Assembly (NCBI GenBank): GCA_035512795.1
Contig: DATKDF010000213.1
Location: forward strand, 1 to 48,910
Direction: 5' to 3'
Length of the DNA stretch: 48,910 bases
DNA from: Vicinamibacterales bacterium
Lineage (GTDB): Bacteria; Acidobacteriota; Vicinamibacteria; Vicinamibacterales; SCN-69-37
The notes under the pieces were generated by a model. The model made no database searches. It was given only the letters and a program-made list of their open reading frames with translations, and was not told where the DNA came from. A program made the translations under genes and the position numbers. Each line of letters starts with the position of its first letter. Position 1 is the first letter of the stretch. Shown piece after piece: positions 1 to 9,125 of the stretch.

Positions 1-572
1 CCGTTGGGGATCACCACCACGCGATCGCGCCCGCCGAAGCGCGCCATCAACTCGTCGACGAGCACCCGCGTCGTCGAGACGTAGCCCTCGGCGCGACGCC
101 AGACGGCGGCCTCGCGCGCCACGAGCCGCCGAATCTTCGACGCCGGCGCCGGCGCCGCGCCGGTGACCAGCTCATCGAGCGTTTCGGCGAAGACGGGCGC
201 GAAGCCGTGCGATTCGTACACGAGCGGAGGCCGGCCCGGCACGCGGCCGATGAGATCGGCAACGCCGAGATCGCGCGTGAACACGAGATCGACGCTGCGC
301 AGGACACCGACCCTGAGCACGGCCGCAGCCACGTATTCCATCCGACGCAGCCAGAACGGCCCGGCTACCGGCGTCGGGGTGATGACGAGCCGCGGCTCGG
401 GCGGCAGCTCATAGAAATCGAACGGATCTCGCGCCGGATGGAAGGCGTCGGGCCGCACGACCAGGCGCACGTCGTGCCCGCGCCGGGCCAGGGCATGTGC
501 CGTCGCCATCGCCTGGAGGCCGTTGGCCCGCTCGAGGGGAAAGCGAATGTCGGTGAAGTACAGGATGCGCAC
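1..572 (-). CDS. Glycosyltransferase family 4 (GT-B), N-terminal ~190 aa; 3' end lies outside the window
   Basis: Absent from the ORF track because it runs off the edge. My minus-strand translation from GTG at 572 gives VRILYFTDIRFPLERANGLQAMATAHALARRGHDVRLVVRPD...DRVVVIPNG, a typical GT4 N-terminal Rossmann half. It starts 3 nt after the upstream stop (576-578). Confidence 0.75.
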   Translation of the reverse strand, partial: MRILYFTDIRFPLERANGLQAMATAHALARRGHDVRLVVRPDAFHPARDPFDFYELPPEPRLVITPTPVAGPFWLRRMEYVAAAVLRVGVLRSVDLVFTRDLGVADLIGRVPGRPPLVYESHGFAPVFAETLDELVTGAAPAPASKIRRLVAREAAVWRRAEGYVSTTRVLVDELMARFGGRDRVVVIPN

Positions 573-575
573 GGC

Positions 576-1976
576 CTACCGGAGCGACCCGTCGCGGTAG
601 AACGACGCGCGGTCGAACAGGTACCGGTACGCCAGGCCCGGTAGCTGGACAGGCAGTTCCAGGAACGTGACGCGCGCATTCCGGCCGAGTTCGAGACGCT
701 GCCGATCCATCAGGCCCGCGCCGAACTGCAGCGCGAGCGCCAGGTTCCACCAGACCGCGACGCCTGTGGCCAGCCAGACCGTGCGGCCAACAGCGCCGGG
801 AGACGCCCGGGCCAGCAGCCACGCCAACCCGATGACCAGACAGATCGTCATGCCGACAAACCGCCGCTGTCCGAACGCGCCGGCCAGTGTCCAGCTCGCG
901 ACGCTGCCCGAAACGTACACCTGCGTCGCCACGGCCACGAGGAGCAGCGTCGCGACGCGTCGGCGATCGGCGCCGCCCGCGCCGGGCCGCGCGATGGTCA
1001 GGACGATCCCGGCGACGGCGAGCACGACGAGCGGCGTCCAGAACACCCAGCCGTGCGCCGGCGAGAACACGACGGCCGGCGCGAAGGGCGCCGTCCAGTG
1101 CATCTTCGCGCCAATGACCGGTGACGGCCCGGGCCGGCCGTTCAGGACGAGATAGCTCAGCAGTTGCGGCAAGTACGCGACCGTAAACGCCGCCGCCGCG
1201 ACGGCGAGGCGAACCGCTCCGGCGCGCAGCCTCGCGCCCCGGGGGCCCGGCCCGCGCTCGACGATCGACCACACGTAATCGACTGCCGGCACGATCGCGA
1301 GAAACACCTCCTGCTCGCGGACCATCGCCACGAGCGCACCCGTGGCGGCCAGCACGGCCACGCCGCCGACGGGCCAGTGGCGCCGCACATGCAGCCACAC
1401 CCAGACGAAGACCGCCACGGCGAACGCCGACGTCGCATGCGCCATCCCCGGCGCCACGTACATATAGAAGATGACCGGCGTCCCGAGGCCGACCGCCACG
1501 GCGGCCGCCAGCCCCCGGCCGCCGAGCCGCGTGGCCACGCCAGCGGCGATCCACAGCGCGAACAGCCCGTAGCAGGCCGACGCCCAGGTGACGGCGGTCA
1601 CGTACGGCCGCGCGAATCCATCAGCCGGCGTGGCCGATCCGAACGCGCGGCCGAGGCGCACGCCGGCGTCGGCGATCGCGTAGAACGGCAGCCAGAGGAT
1701 CGCGCTCCCGATCGTGCCGTAGTTCGGCCGGCGCCCGGTGACGGTCTCGGCGTCGAGGAACGTCGCCTGAAACCCCGGGTCGCGCGTCGCGCCGGAGTCG
1801 ATGAAGTAGCGGTACTCGTTGTCGAACGACAGATCGCGATCGAACCAGAGCGACCGCAGATAGGCGAAGTACTGGAATTCGTCAGCGGCGTACAGGCGCG
1901 TCGTCACGGCCGGCAGCGTCACGAGGAAGACGAGCGCGACGACGACGCCGCTCCCGAACCACGCCCGGCGAGCCAT
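576..1976 (-). CDS. Polytopic membrane glycosyltransferase, GT-C fold (ArnT/PMT-like)
   Basis: 466-aa ORF with many hydrophobic segments. First-loop motif ADEFQYFAYLRSLWFDRDLSFDNEY resembles the DExRYAE-type loop of ArnT-family enzymes. Paralog of 2990-4369. Confidence 0.75.
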   Translation of the reverse strand: MARRAWFGSGVVVALVFLVTLPAVTTRLYAADEFQYFAYLRSLWFDRDLSFDNEYRYFIDSGATRDPGFQATFLDAETVTGRRPNYGTIGSAILWLPFYAIADAGVRLGRAFGSATPADGFARPYVTAVTWASACYGLFALWIAAGVATRLGGRGLAAAVAVGLGTPVIFYMYVAPGMAHATSAFAVAVFVWVWLHVRRHWPVGGVAVLAATGALVAMVREQEVFLAIVPAVDYVWSIVERGPGPRGARLRAGAVRLAVAAAAFTVAYLPQLLSYLVLNGRPGPSPVIGAKMHWTAPFAPAVVFSPAHGWVFWTPLVVLAVAGIVLTIARPGAGGADRRRVATLLLVAVATQVYVSGSVASWTLAGAFGQRRFVGMTICLVIGLAWLLARASPGAVGRTVWLATGVAVWWNLALALQFGAGLMDRQRLELGRNARVTFLELPVQLPGLAYRYLFDRASFYRDGSLR

Positions 1977-1984
1977 CAGCGGCG

Positions 1985-1990
1985 ACTATA
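1985..1990 (-). promoter_or_regulatory. -10 box TATAGT, 8 nt upstream of ATG 1976 (leaderless-type)
   Basis: Plus strand reads actata, followed by an 8-nt spacer to the start codon. No room for a Shine-Dalgarno. Confidence 0.45.
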
Positions 1991-2014
1991 CCATCGGAGT
2001 CGAAAGCGCCCGCG

Positions 2015-2020
2015 TATACT
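2015..2020 (+). promoter_or_regulatory. -10-like TATACT, 21 nt upstream of ATG 2042 (short leader)
   Basis: Only AT-rich hexamer on the plus strand in the 65-bp divergent spacer. No convincing -35. Confidence 0.25.
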
Positions 2021-2041
2021 GGCCGCGCGTTTCCTCTGAGC

Positions 2042-2977
2042 ATGCCCGTCGAACCCACTCCGCCACTGCCCGCGCCGATGCGACGCGTGGCCCGCCGCGC
2101 GCTGCGCGCGGTCCTGTGGGTGGCGCGACGCGGCCCGCTCCACCGGCATCTGCTGCGGCTGCGGTTCGGCCCGTGGGCCCCGCGCCTCATCGGCGGCCGC
2201 GTGACCGTGCGATGGCGCGGCGTGAGGGTCGAGGTCGATCCCGGTGAAGCGCACGGCTTCCACGTGTTCGTGCATGGCGACTATGGCGGCGCCGAGACAG
2301 ACGCCTGCATCGAGGCCTGCGGCACCGCGGCGGTCTTCGTCGACGCCGGCGCGCACATCGGCCTGATGGCGCTCGCCGTCGCGCAGGCGTGTCCGGCCAC
2401 GCACGTCGTCGCGGTCGAGGCCGACGCGGACGTCGCGCGCTGGCTCCGGCACAACCTCGCGCTCAACCCGGACCTCGTGCCGCGCGTCACGGTCCTCGAA
2501 GCCGCGGCCTCGGATCGCGACGGCGAGGTGGCCTTCGACGCGAGCGTTACCCCCGACAACGTCGGCATGGGACGCATCAGCACATCGGACACCTCGTCGC
2601 GGCGGGTGCCGGCTGTCGCGCTGGGCCCGTGGCTCGCGGCCCGGAATCTGCGGGCCGATGTCGTCAAGCTCGACGTGGAGGGCGCCGAGATCGACGCGCT
2701 GGAGGGCCTCTGGGCCGGCGGGCACACGCCGCGCGCGCTGCTCATCGAATCGCACGGGTACCTGGCGGCGTCGAGCGGCGAGTTCAACCGCCGGCTGCTG
2801 TCCGCGCTCTCGACACGCGGGTATCTCGTCGAACGCCTCGGCCGGGGCCGCTGGCATCCGGTGCCGGACGCGGGCGAGCTCGGCGGGCGCGAGCACCTGC
2901 GCGCGGTGCGCCCGTCGGTCGACGGTGCCGGCGCCGGCCGTCACCCTCAGCCGCCGGCCCCCCGATCGTCTCGCTAG
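2042..2977 (+). CDS. FkbM-family SAM-dependent methyltransferase
   Basis: 311-aa ORF with VFVDAGAHIGLMAL...VVAVEAD...VVKLDVEGAEIDAL, the characteristic FkbM layout. Confidence 0.85.
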   Translation: MPVEPTPPLPAPMRRVARRALRAVLWVARRGPLHRHLLRLRFGPWAPRLIGGRVTVRWRGVRVEVDPGEAHGFHVFVHGDYGGAETDACIEACGTAAVFVDAGAHIGLMALAVAQACPATHVVAVEADADVARWLRHNLALNPDLVPRVTVLEAAASDRDGEVAFDASVTPDNVGMGRISTSDTSSRRVPAVALGPWLAARNLRADVVKLDVEGAEIDALEGLWAGGHTPRALLIESHGYLAASSGEFNRRLLSALSTRGYLVERLGRGRWHPVPDAGELGGREHLRAVRPSVDGAGAGRHPQPPAPRSSR

Positions 2978-2980
2978 AAT
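2975..2980 (+). promoter_or_regulatory. -10 box TAGAAT, 9 nt upstream of ATG 2990 (leaderless-type)
   Basis: Overlaps the FkbM TAG stop; 9-nt spacer gagggccgc. Confidence 0.4.
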
Positions 2981-2989
2981 GAGGGCCGC

Positions 2990-4369
2990 ATGGCTGCAGC
3001 CCGCGCGACTGCGCCCTTCCTCGATCGGTGGCGCCGGGTCGTCGAACGCCACCCCGGCTGCACGATCGCCGTCGTCGGCCTGGCCTGTGCGGCCGTCTAC
3101 GCCGGCGCGTTCCTGACAGGCGCCTCGCGGGGCGATGCGATTCGGGGCGATGCGGTCCAGTACTACGCGTATCTGCGGTCGCTCGTGTTCGACGCCGACC
3201 TCCACTTCGCGAACGAGTACGAGCGCTTCTACGCGGAGGACAGCGTCTGGCGGACGGAACGCACGCCGACGGGCCGCCCGCCCAACATGATGTCGATCGG
3301 CCCAGCCCTGCTCTGGCTGCCGGTCTTTGCCCTGGCCACTGGTTTGGCCTGGCTCGCCAGCGCCGCCGGAATCGCCTCGCCGCCCGACGGCTACGGTCTC
3401 GGCCTGCAGGTGACGGCGGGACTCTGCGGCATCGCGTACGCCACGGTCGGGTCGTACTGCTGCTTCCGAGCAGCGGCGTTGCGATTCCCCCGCGAGGCCG
3501 CCCTCTGGGCCACGCTCGTGGCGTGGCTCGCGAGCCCCGCGCTCTACTACACCGTCGTCTCACCTGCCTACTCGCACGCGACGACGATCTTCACGATGGG
3601 CGTGTTCGTGTGGGCGTGGATGAGCGGCCTCGGCCGGGTCGGCGCACGCCGGTTCCTCCTGCTTGGAGCACTGGCCGGCCTGGCCGCCCTCGTCCGCTGG
3701 CAGGACGCCATCGTCGTGCTGTTGCCGGCGGTGGAGCTGCTGCGAGGTGTCATCGGGCGGGTGACGACACCCGCACGAGCCGCCGGCCTGGGCCTGTGCC
3801 TGGCGGCCGGCTTCGCGATCGGGGTGTCGCCGCAACTGATCGCCTGGCACGCGATTTATGGCAGCTACGTCACCGTGCCGCAGGGATCGGGGTTCATGCA
3901 GTGGACCGATCCCGCGATCTGGGCGGTGTTGTTCTCGTCCCGGCGCGGGCTGTTCGTTTGGACCCCCGCGGTGCTGCTGGCGGCGGTCGGCCTCGTCTGG
4001 GTCTGGCGCCGCGACCGGCTCGCGGGCGCGGGCCTCACGGCCGTGCTGGCGGTCGCGATATACGTCAACGCGGCGGTCGCCGACTGGTGGGCGGGCGAGG
4101 CGTTTGGGGCCCGTCGATTCATCTCGATGACGCCGATCTTTGCCGTGGGCCTCGCCGCGCTCGGCGCGCGGGTGGGCGGCCGCCGCCCCGGGACCGTCGC
4201 GGTCACCACGATCGCGCTCGTCGCCTACAACGGCCTGCTGCTCCTGCAGTACCAGTTGTTCATGCGCGGCCACCGCGATCTGGTCGCGTATCCGACGACG
4301 TATGCCGACGTGCTGATCGAACGGCTGCGCCTGCCGTTCCGCCTCCTCTGGGAGTGGCTCGGTCGCTGA
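2990..4369 (+). CDS. Polytopic membrane glycosyltransferase, GT-C fold (ArnT/PMT-like), paralog of 576-1976
   Basis: 459-aa ORF with multiple TM segments. Shares GDAVQYYAYLRSLVFDADLHFANEY and later blocks with the 576-1976 product. Confidence 0.75.
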   Translation: MAAARATAPFLDRWRRVVERHPGCTIAVVGLACAAVYAGAFLTGASRGDAIRGDAVQYYAYLRSLVFDADLHFANEYERFYAEDSVWRTERTPTGRPPNMMSIGPALLWLPVFALATGLAWLASAAGIASPPDGYGLGLQVTAGLCGIAYATVGSYCCFRAAALRFPREAALWATLVAWLASPALYYTVVSPAYSHATTIFTMGVFVWAWMSGLGRVGARRFLLLGALAGLAALVRWQDAIVVLLPAVELLRGVIGRVTTPARAAGLGLCLAAGFAIGVSPQLIAWHAIYGSYVTVPQGSGFMQWTDPAIWAVLFSSRRGLFVWTPAVLLAAVGLVWVWRRDRLAGAGLTAVLAVAIYVNAAVADWWAGEAFGARRFISMTPIFAVGLAALGARVGGRRPGTVAVTTIALVAYNGLLLLQYQLFMRGHRDLVAYPTTYADVLIERLRLPFRLLWEWLGR

Positions 4370-4373
4370 GGCG

Positions 4374-5402
4374 TCAGTCGAGCCAGCCGGGCGGCAGGCC
4401 CTTGCGGATCTCGATGTCGGGAAACGGCGGCGTTTCACGCTGCCCGTGGGCTCGGGCCCAGGCCGCCATGCGCGCGAGGCCGTCGGCGAGCGGCACCGGA
4501 GCCGCCACGGCGAACACCCGCCGGGCCCGGTCGTGATCGGCGAAGGCATGCACGACTTCGTGGCGCGCGGGCAGATGCACGATCCGCGGCTCGACGCCCA
4601 TCGCGGCCGCCACGGCCAGCGCCAGCCCGTGGACCGTGTGCGGCGTGTCGGCACCGACGTTGAACACCTGCCCCAGCGCCTGCGGCACGTCCACGGCCCG
4701 GGCGATGAGCGGGGCCACGTCGCCGATGTACGAGAAGGCGCGCGTCTGCCGGCCGTCGCCGAAGATCGTCATCGGCTCGCCGCGCATGATCTGATTCATG
4801 AAGATCGCGACGACGTTCCGGTACCGGTCGCCCAGGTTCTGGCGCTCGCCGTAGACGTTATGCGGCCGGACGATCACGTACGGCAGCCCGAACATCGCGT
4901 GCGCGGCTGCCAGCTCGCGCTCGGCCGCATGCTTGGCGATGCCGTAGGGATCCTCGGGCTCCGGCGTGAGGGCTTCGTGCATCGGCGTCTGGTGGCGTCC
5001 GTACACCGCGATCGACGACGTGAAGACGAACGCGCGGACCGAGCCGCTGTTGATGGCCGCGGTGATCAGGTTGACGCTGCCCACCAGGTTGTTCTCGTAG
5101 TTGAACCGCCGGATGAAGTGGCTGAGCCCCTCGGCGGCGTACGCGGCGAGGTGGTAGACGTAGTCGTACCGGTGCGTCACGAAGAGGCGCTCCACGAGCG
5201 GGCGATCGAGAATGCTGCCCACGACGAGCTCCGCCGCCCCCGGCACGTTGTCGCGGAAGCCGCCGCTGAGGTCGTCGAGTACCACCACCCGGTGCCCGGC
5301 CTTCAGGAGGTGGTCGGCCACATGGGATCCGATGAAGCCGGCCCCGCCGGTCACGAGTGACGTCGGACTACGCATCGCTGTCGGTTCCTGCAAGCCAGCC
5401 AC
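4374..5402 (-). CDS. NAD-dependent epimerase/dehydratase (extended SDR, GalE/WbpP-like)
   Basis: VTGGAGFIGSH Rossmann motif and YGIAKHAAE (YxxxK). The second Met (start 5375, MRSPTSLVTGGAGFIG) is an equally plausible start. Confidence 0.9.
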   Translation of the reverse strand: MAGLQEPTAMRSPTSLVTGGAGFIGSHVADHLLKAGHRVVVLDDLSGGFRDNVPGAAELVVGSILDRPLVERLFVTHRYDYVYHLAAYAAEGLSHFIRRFNYENNLVGSVNLITAAINSGSVRAFVFTSSIAVYGRHQTPMHEALTPEPEDPYGIAKHAAERELAAAHAMFGLPYVIVRPHNVYGERQNLGDRYRNVVAIFMNQIMRGEPMTIFGDGRQTRAFSYIGDVAPLIARAVDVPQALGQVFNVGADTPHTVHGLALAVAAAMGVEPRIVHLPARHEVVHAFADHDRARRVFAVAAPVPLADGLARMAAWARAHGQRETPPFPDIEIRKGLPPGWLD

Positions 5403-6759
5403 GCCAGTCGCCCCGCCGGACGGCGCCGACGAGCGCCACGGTCAGCCACACCGCCGCGACGCCCATCGGCAGCGAGAGCCACGACACCGCACCGGGCCCG
5501 GGCAGCGCCGCCAGCACCTCGTTCGTGGCCGCCTGGATCCTCAGGATCGCATCCGGCGAGGTCGCCGCGGGCACGGTGCGGACGGCGTCGGCGATGGCGC
5601 CGGCGTGGCCGTACCGTTCGATCACATGATCCGGCGGCAGCAGCACGGCCGCGCCGAGGCCGTACCGAGCGACGTGCGCCACCGCCTGAATCGCCACGGC
5701 CCCCACCCACGCCACCTGCGCTCCGCGGTGGCCGGCGAGCAGCGGCAGCAACAGCACCAGGGCTCCGTGTGAATGGTTGATGTGCGCCCGCGTCCCGAAC
5801 TGCGACACGACCAGCGCACCGGCCGCCAGCATGACATACAAGGCCGCGGCCGATGGCCACCCGCCGCGTCCGGCATCGTTCGCCAGGCGCTTCGCGATCG
5901 CGAAGAGCACTCCCCCCGTGACGCCGGCCGCGACGACCGTTCCGGCGCCGAGCCACAACAGCGGTAGCCGCAGTGTGTGGACCTCCCCGGGAATTCCCTG
6001 GGCCTGCATGTAGACGAACGCCGCGAAGCGCCAGATGCTCACCCCGCCGTTCGACCACCGGGCGTCGCCAGATGACGACCGGAAGTTCTCGAGGAGCGCC
6101 AGGAGGCTGCCACCGGTCAGGGCCAGGGCAAGCGACAGCATGGCCGCCGCCCCGACGAACCCGGCCGCGTACACGAGCAGCGGCAGGCGCTGCCCGCGCC
6201 AGGCGACGAGGCCCAGCCAGAGACCCACCGGCGCCGCGAAGTGGATCAGGCCCTGGGGCTTGAACTGCCACGAAACGAGCAGCAGCGCCCCGGCCGTCGC
6301 CCATCCCGCGGCCGAGGGCCAGCGCCGGACGACGACGACGGCCCCGAGAGCGGCGGCCAGATGCGCGCCGTCCCAGAAGCCCTGGTAGGCCCCGTGCATG
6401 ATGAACCACGGGTTGCACCAGAACCCGAACAGCACCCACGGCACCATCCGTTTCGGCGACAGATGGAGAAGCGCCGCCAGCACGGCGGCCTCCGAAACGA
6501 TCACCGCGCCCTTGTACGGCAGCCACCAGAACCGCGGAATCTCTTCCGCCAGTCGGGCCACCAGGCCGAAGCACGCGAACGACAACGCGCCGTAGTTGAT
6601 CGAGAACCCGGGCCCCAGGCCGAGCGCGCGGACGTCGGCGCCCCAGTCGAGGATGAACTCGTAGACGTCGGCCATGCCCCCGACGAGCAGTCCCGGCAGC
6701 CGCAGCAGCAGGCCCACGGCGATCAGCAACAGCCAGGCACGCGGCCACGGTCGAGTCAT
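5368..6759 (-). CDS. Polytopic membrane protein, GT-C-like glycosyltransferase (possibly DUF2029/GT87-type)
   Basis: Coding part of the 739-aa ORF starts at MTRPWPRAWLLLIAVGLLLRLPG (ATG 6759). About 12 hydrophobic segments. ATGA overlap with the upstream GT2 stop (6756-6759). Confidence 0.7.
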   Translation of the reverse strand: MTRPWPRAWLLLIAVGLLLRLPGLLVGGMADVYEFILDWGADVRALGLGPGFSINYGALSFACFGLVARLAEEIPRFWWLPYKGAVIVSEAAVLAALLHLSPKRMVPWVLFGFWCNPWFIMHGAYQGFWDGAHLAAALGAVVVVRRWPSAAGWATAGALLLVSWQFKPQGLIHFAAPVGLWLGLVAWRGQRLPLLVYAAGFVGAAAMLSLALALTGGSLLALLENFRSSSGDARWSNGGVSIWRFAAFVYMQAQGIPGEVHTLRLPLLWLGAGTVVAAGVTGGVLFAIAKRLANDAGRGGWPSAAALYVMLAAGALVVSQFGTRAHINHSHGALVLLLPLLAGHRGAQVAWVGAVAIQAVAHVARYGLGAAVLLPPDHVIERYGHAGAIADAVRTVPAATSPDAILRIQAATNEVLAALPGPGAVSWLSLPMGVAAVWLTVALVGAVRRGDWRGWLAGTDSDA

Positions 6760-7469
6760 CGCGGGCGGAAGCCGAAGTGGCCGACGATGAGCCCGGCCAT
6801 CCGGAGCGCGGTCGTCACCGTGCCCCTCCAGGTGCCGGTGATCTTCGACTGGCCCTTCCGGCTGCGGTAGTTGACGGGCACTTCGAGCAGGCGGAGGCGC
6901 AGGCGGAGGCCGAGGATGACCATCTCGGGCAGGAAATGCGATCCCGTCACGGTCATGTGAGGGTCGAGCCGGTCCCAGGCCGGCCGGTGAATCAGCCGCA
7001 GGGTGCAGCCGCAGTCGGACAGCGACGGCCCGCCGTAGACGAATTCGATCACCTTCGCGAGCAGAGTGTTGCCCCAGCGCAGCGCGAAGCCCATGTTGGC
7101 GCCGTCCCAGATGAGCTGCGGCGTCGTGCGCGTGCCGCACACCATGTCGAACTCGTCGGCGTAGGCCAGCAGTTTGTGGACGTCCCGCGCCACGAAGGTG
7201 CCATCGGGCTCGGCGAGGATGATGAGGTCGCCGACGGCGTGACGCAGGCCGCACGTGAGCGCCGCGCCGTAGCCCTGCCGATCCTCCTCGCGCACGACCC
7301 GCGCGCCGGCGGCGAGCGCGCGCGCCTCGGTCCGATCGGTCGACCGGTTGTTGACGACCAGCACTTCGTCGACCGCGTCGACGGCCGCGAACTCCCGCAC
7401 GGCCGCCTCGATGCCCGGTTCCTCGTTGTAGGCTGGCAGAACGACGGACACCGTACGGCCGGCATGCAC
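6756..7469 (-). CDS. GT2 polyprenyl-phosphate sugar synthase (Dpm1/Ppm1/ArnC-like)
   Basis: VSVVLPAYNEE, NNRSTDRT, GYGAALTCG, AEPDG motifs in the C-terminal part of ORF 6756-9065. Start assigned to GTG 7469 (VHAGRTVSVVLPAYNEE), which has a -10 box 9 nt upstream. Confidence 0.85.
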   Translation of the reverse strand: MHAGRTVSVVLPAYNEEPGIEAAVREFAAVDAVDEVLVVNNRSTDRTEARALAAGARVVREEDRQGYGAALTCGLRHAVGDLIILAEPDGTFVARDVHKLLAYADEFDMVCGTRTTPQLIWDGANMGFALRWGNTLLAKVIEFVYGGPSLSDCGCTLRLIHRPAWDRLDPHMTVTGSHFLPEMVILGLRLRLRLLEVPVNYRSRKGQSKITGTWRGTVTTALRMAGLIVGHFGFRPR

Positions 7470-7478
7470 GCGGCCCGC

Positions 7479-7484
7479 ACGATA
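7479..7484 (-). promoter_or_regulatory. -10 box TATCGT, 9 nt upstream of GTG 7469 (leaderless-type)
   Basis: Plus strand reads acgata, in the 96-bp divergent spacer. Confidence 0.4.
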
Positions 7485-7551
7485 GTCGGTACGTCGAAAG
7501 CCTGTCAACCAGACCGCGTGGCACGCGCCGGGCGATTCGCCGGGGATGAGG

Positions 7552-7557
7552 CACAAT
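7552..7557 (+). promoter_or_regulatory. -10 box CACAAT, 8 nt upstream of ATG 7566 (leaderless-type)
   Basis: Same divergent spacer; 8-nt spacer gtccggcg. Confidence 0.35.
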
Positions 7558-7565
7558 GTCCGGCG

Positions 7566-9125
7566 ATGCCGGCCGCGCGACCGCCATTTCGGGCCGCCTG
7601 CCTGAGCGCGCTCATCGCCTGGTGCGTGTACGCCGCAACCACCGGCGGGAGCTTCGCGACCGACCTGGCCAGCTACGAGGTCACCCGGGCGCTGGTCGAA
7701 GAACGATCGGTCGCCATGCGGTACAACGTACTCGACACGGAGCACGAACGTGGCCCGGACGGCCGATTCTACGCGCCCGTGGGCATCGGACATCCCGTCT
7801 TCGGCATCCCGTTCTACCTGGGGGCGCGCGCCGCGATGGCGGCGGGCCTGCGCGCCGGCAAGCCCGAAAGCCTGACCAAGGCCGCCGTCGTCTTTGGCAG
7901 CACCGTGGCCGCCGCCGGCTGCGTGTTCTTCAGCGTGCTCCTGGGTTGGTTTCTCTCGGGCGATCGGCGGGCGGCGGTGACGGCCGGCCTCCTCGTCGCG
8001 TTCGCGACGCCGCTCTGGGTGTACAGCAAGTTCGGGTTCAATGCGCCGCTCGCGGCGCTGGCGCTGACGGCGTCGGCCGCCGGCATCTGCGCCGGCGCCC
8101 GGGCCAACCACCTGGGGCTCCTCGTCGCGGGCGGCGTCGCGCTCGGCTGCGGCGTTCTCACCCGACACGAGATGGTCTTCGGCTTCGCGCCGGCGGCGCT
8201 GTACCTGGCGATCGTCGCGGGCGACCGCCGGCGCCGCCTCCGGTGGCTGCTCGCGGCCGGCGCACCGGTGGCCGTCGCCGCGGGCCTCTGGATGTGGTAC
8301 AACGCCGCGCGCTTCGGCCACCCGCTCGATACCGGCCTCCTGCGCGATCCGAACGTCCGCCTCGACACGCCGATCGTGATCGGCCTGCACGGCCTGCTGC
8401 TCAGTCCCGGCCGGTCGCTGCTCGTCTACGCGCCGGTGACGATCGCGGGCGTGGCGGCGCTCTGGGCGCTGCGACGTGCGATGGGGCCGCTGGCGATCTA
8501 CTGCGGATCGACGGCCCTCTTGTTCCTGCTGCTCATCGCGAAAATGCACCAGTGGGACGGCGGCGAGAGCTACGGGCCGCGCTACCTCGTGCCCATTCTG
8601 CCCTTCGTCACGCTGCCGGTGGCGCTCTGGCTCCGGCCCACCGCGCCACGGCGTGCGCGCCGGATCGTCGGCGTCCTCGCCGTGGCCGGCCTGCTCGTGC
8701 AGGTGCCGGGCGTGCTCGTCGACTTCAACAAGGCGCAACTGGCGTTCGCGCGCTCGCGCGCCGATTACTCGATCGCCCTGACGCGCTACACGTGGGACGG
8801 CGCGCCGCTCTCGCTCAACACGCGCGTGGCGCTCGTCGCCGTCCCTGAGAATGCACGCTACCTGGCCGGCCTCGACACACCACCCGTCGCCGCGGCGACC
8901 AGCGACGAGTCCGATCGCGGCTTCTCGCAGCAGTTCGCGTTCAGCCTGGACTTCTGGTGGCTGTATCTGTTCTACCTCGGCGCGCTGCCGCGGTGGGCCG
9001 CGATCGCCGCGCCGCTCGTCCTCGGCGCGGCTGCCGCGTGGCTGGGGCACCGGTTGCTCGGACACCTGCGCCGCGACGACGGGATCGATGCGGCCGCCGC
9101 CCCGAGCCTCAGCGCCCGACGCTGA
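7566..9125 (+). CDS. Polytopic membrane glycosyltransferase, GT-C fold (ArnT-like)
   Basis: Coding part of ORF 6777-9125 begins at MPAARPPFRAACLSALIAWCVYAATTGGSFATDLASYEVTRALVEERSVAM. Many TM segments. Paralog of 9109-10656. Confidence 0.8.
   Translation: MPAARPPFRAACLSALIAWCVYAATTGGSFATDLASYEVTRALVEERSVAMRYNVLDTEHERGPDGRFYAPVGIGHPVFGIPFYLGARAAMAAGLRAGKPESLTKAAVVFGSTVAAAGCVFFSVLLGWFLSGDRRAAVTAGLLVAFATPLWVYSKFGFNAPLAALALTASAAGICAGARANHLGLLVAGGVALGCGVLTRHEMVFGFAPAALYLAIVAGDRRRRLRWLLAAGAPVAVAAGLWMWYNAARFGHPLDTGLLRDPNVRLDTPIVIGLHGLLLSPGRSLLVYAPVTIAGVAALWALRRAMGPLAIYCGSTALLFLLLIAKMHQWDGGESYGPRYLVPILPFVTLPVALWLRPTAPRRARRIVGVLAVAGLLVQVPGVLVDFNKAQLAFARSRADYSIALTRYTWDGAPLSLNTRVALVAVPENARYLAGLDTPPVAAATSDESDRGFSQQFAFSLDFWWLYLFYLGALPRWAAIAAPLVLGAAAAWLGHRLLGHLRRDDGIDAAAAPSLSARR

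Noticed and set aside
4356-4384. Hairpin GGCTCG...CGAGCC spanning the two convergent stop codons (4369/4374). A similar hairpin, GAAGGTC...GGCCTTC at 24878-24900, lies after tRNA-Asp. Both were considered as bidirectional intrinsic terminators.
   Set aside because: The stems are only 6-7 bp, with large or imperfect loops and no U-tract on either strand. That is too weak to call terminators without Term-seq evidence.
6888-6911. Tandem 12-nt repeat caggcggaggcg/caggcggaggcc.
   Set aside because: There are only two copies, inside the GT2 coding sequence, where they encode an LRLRLR stretch on the minus strand. This is most simply a codon-level low-complexity segment.
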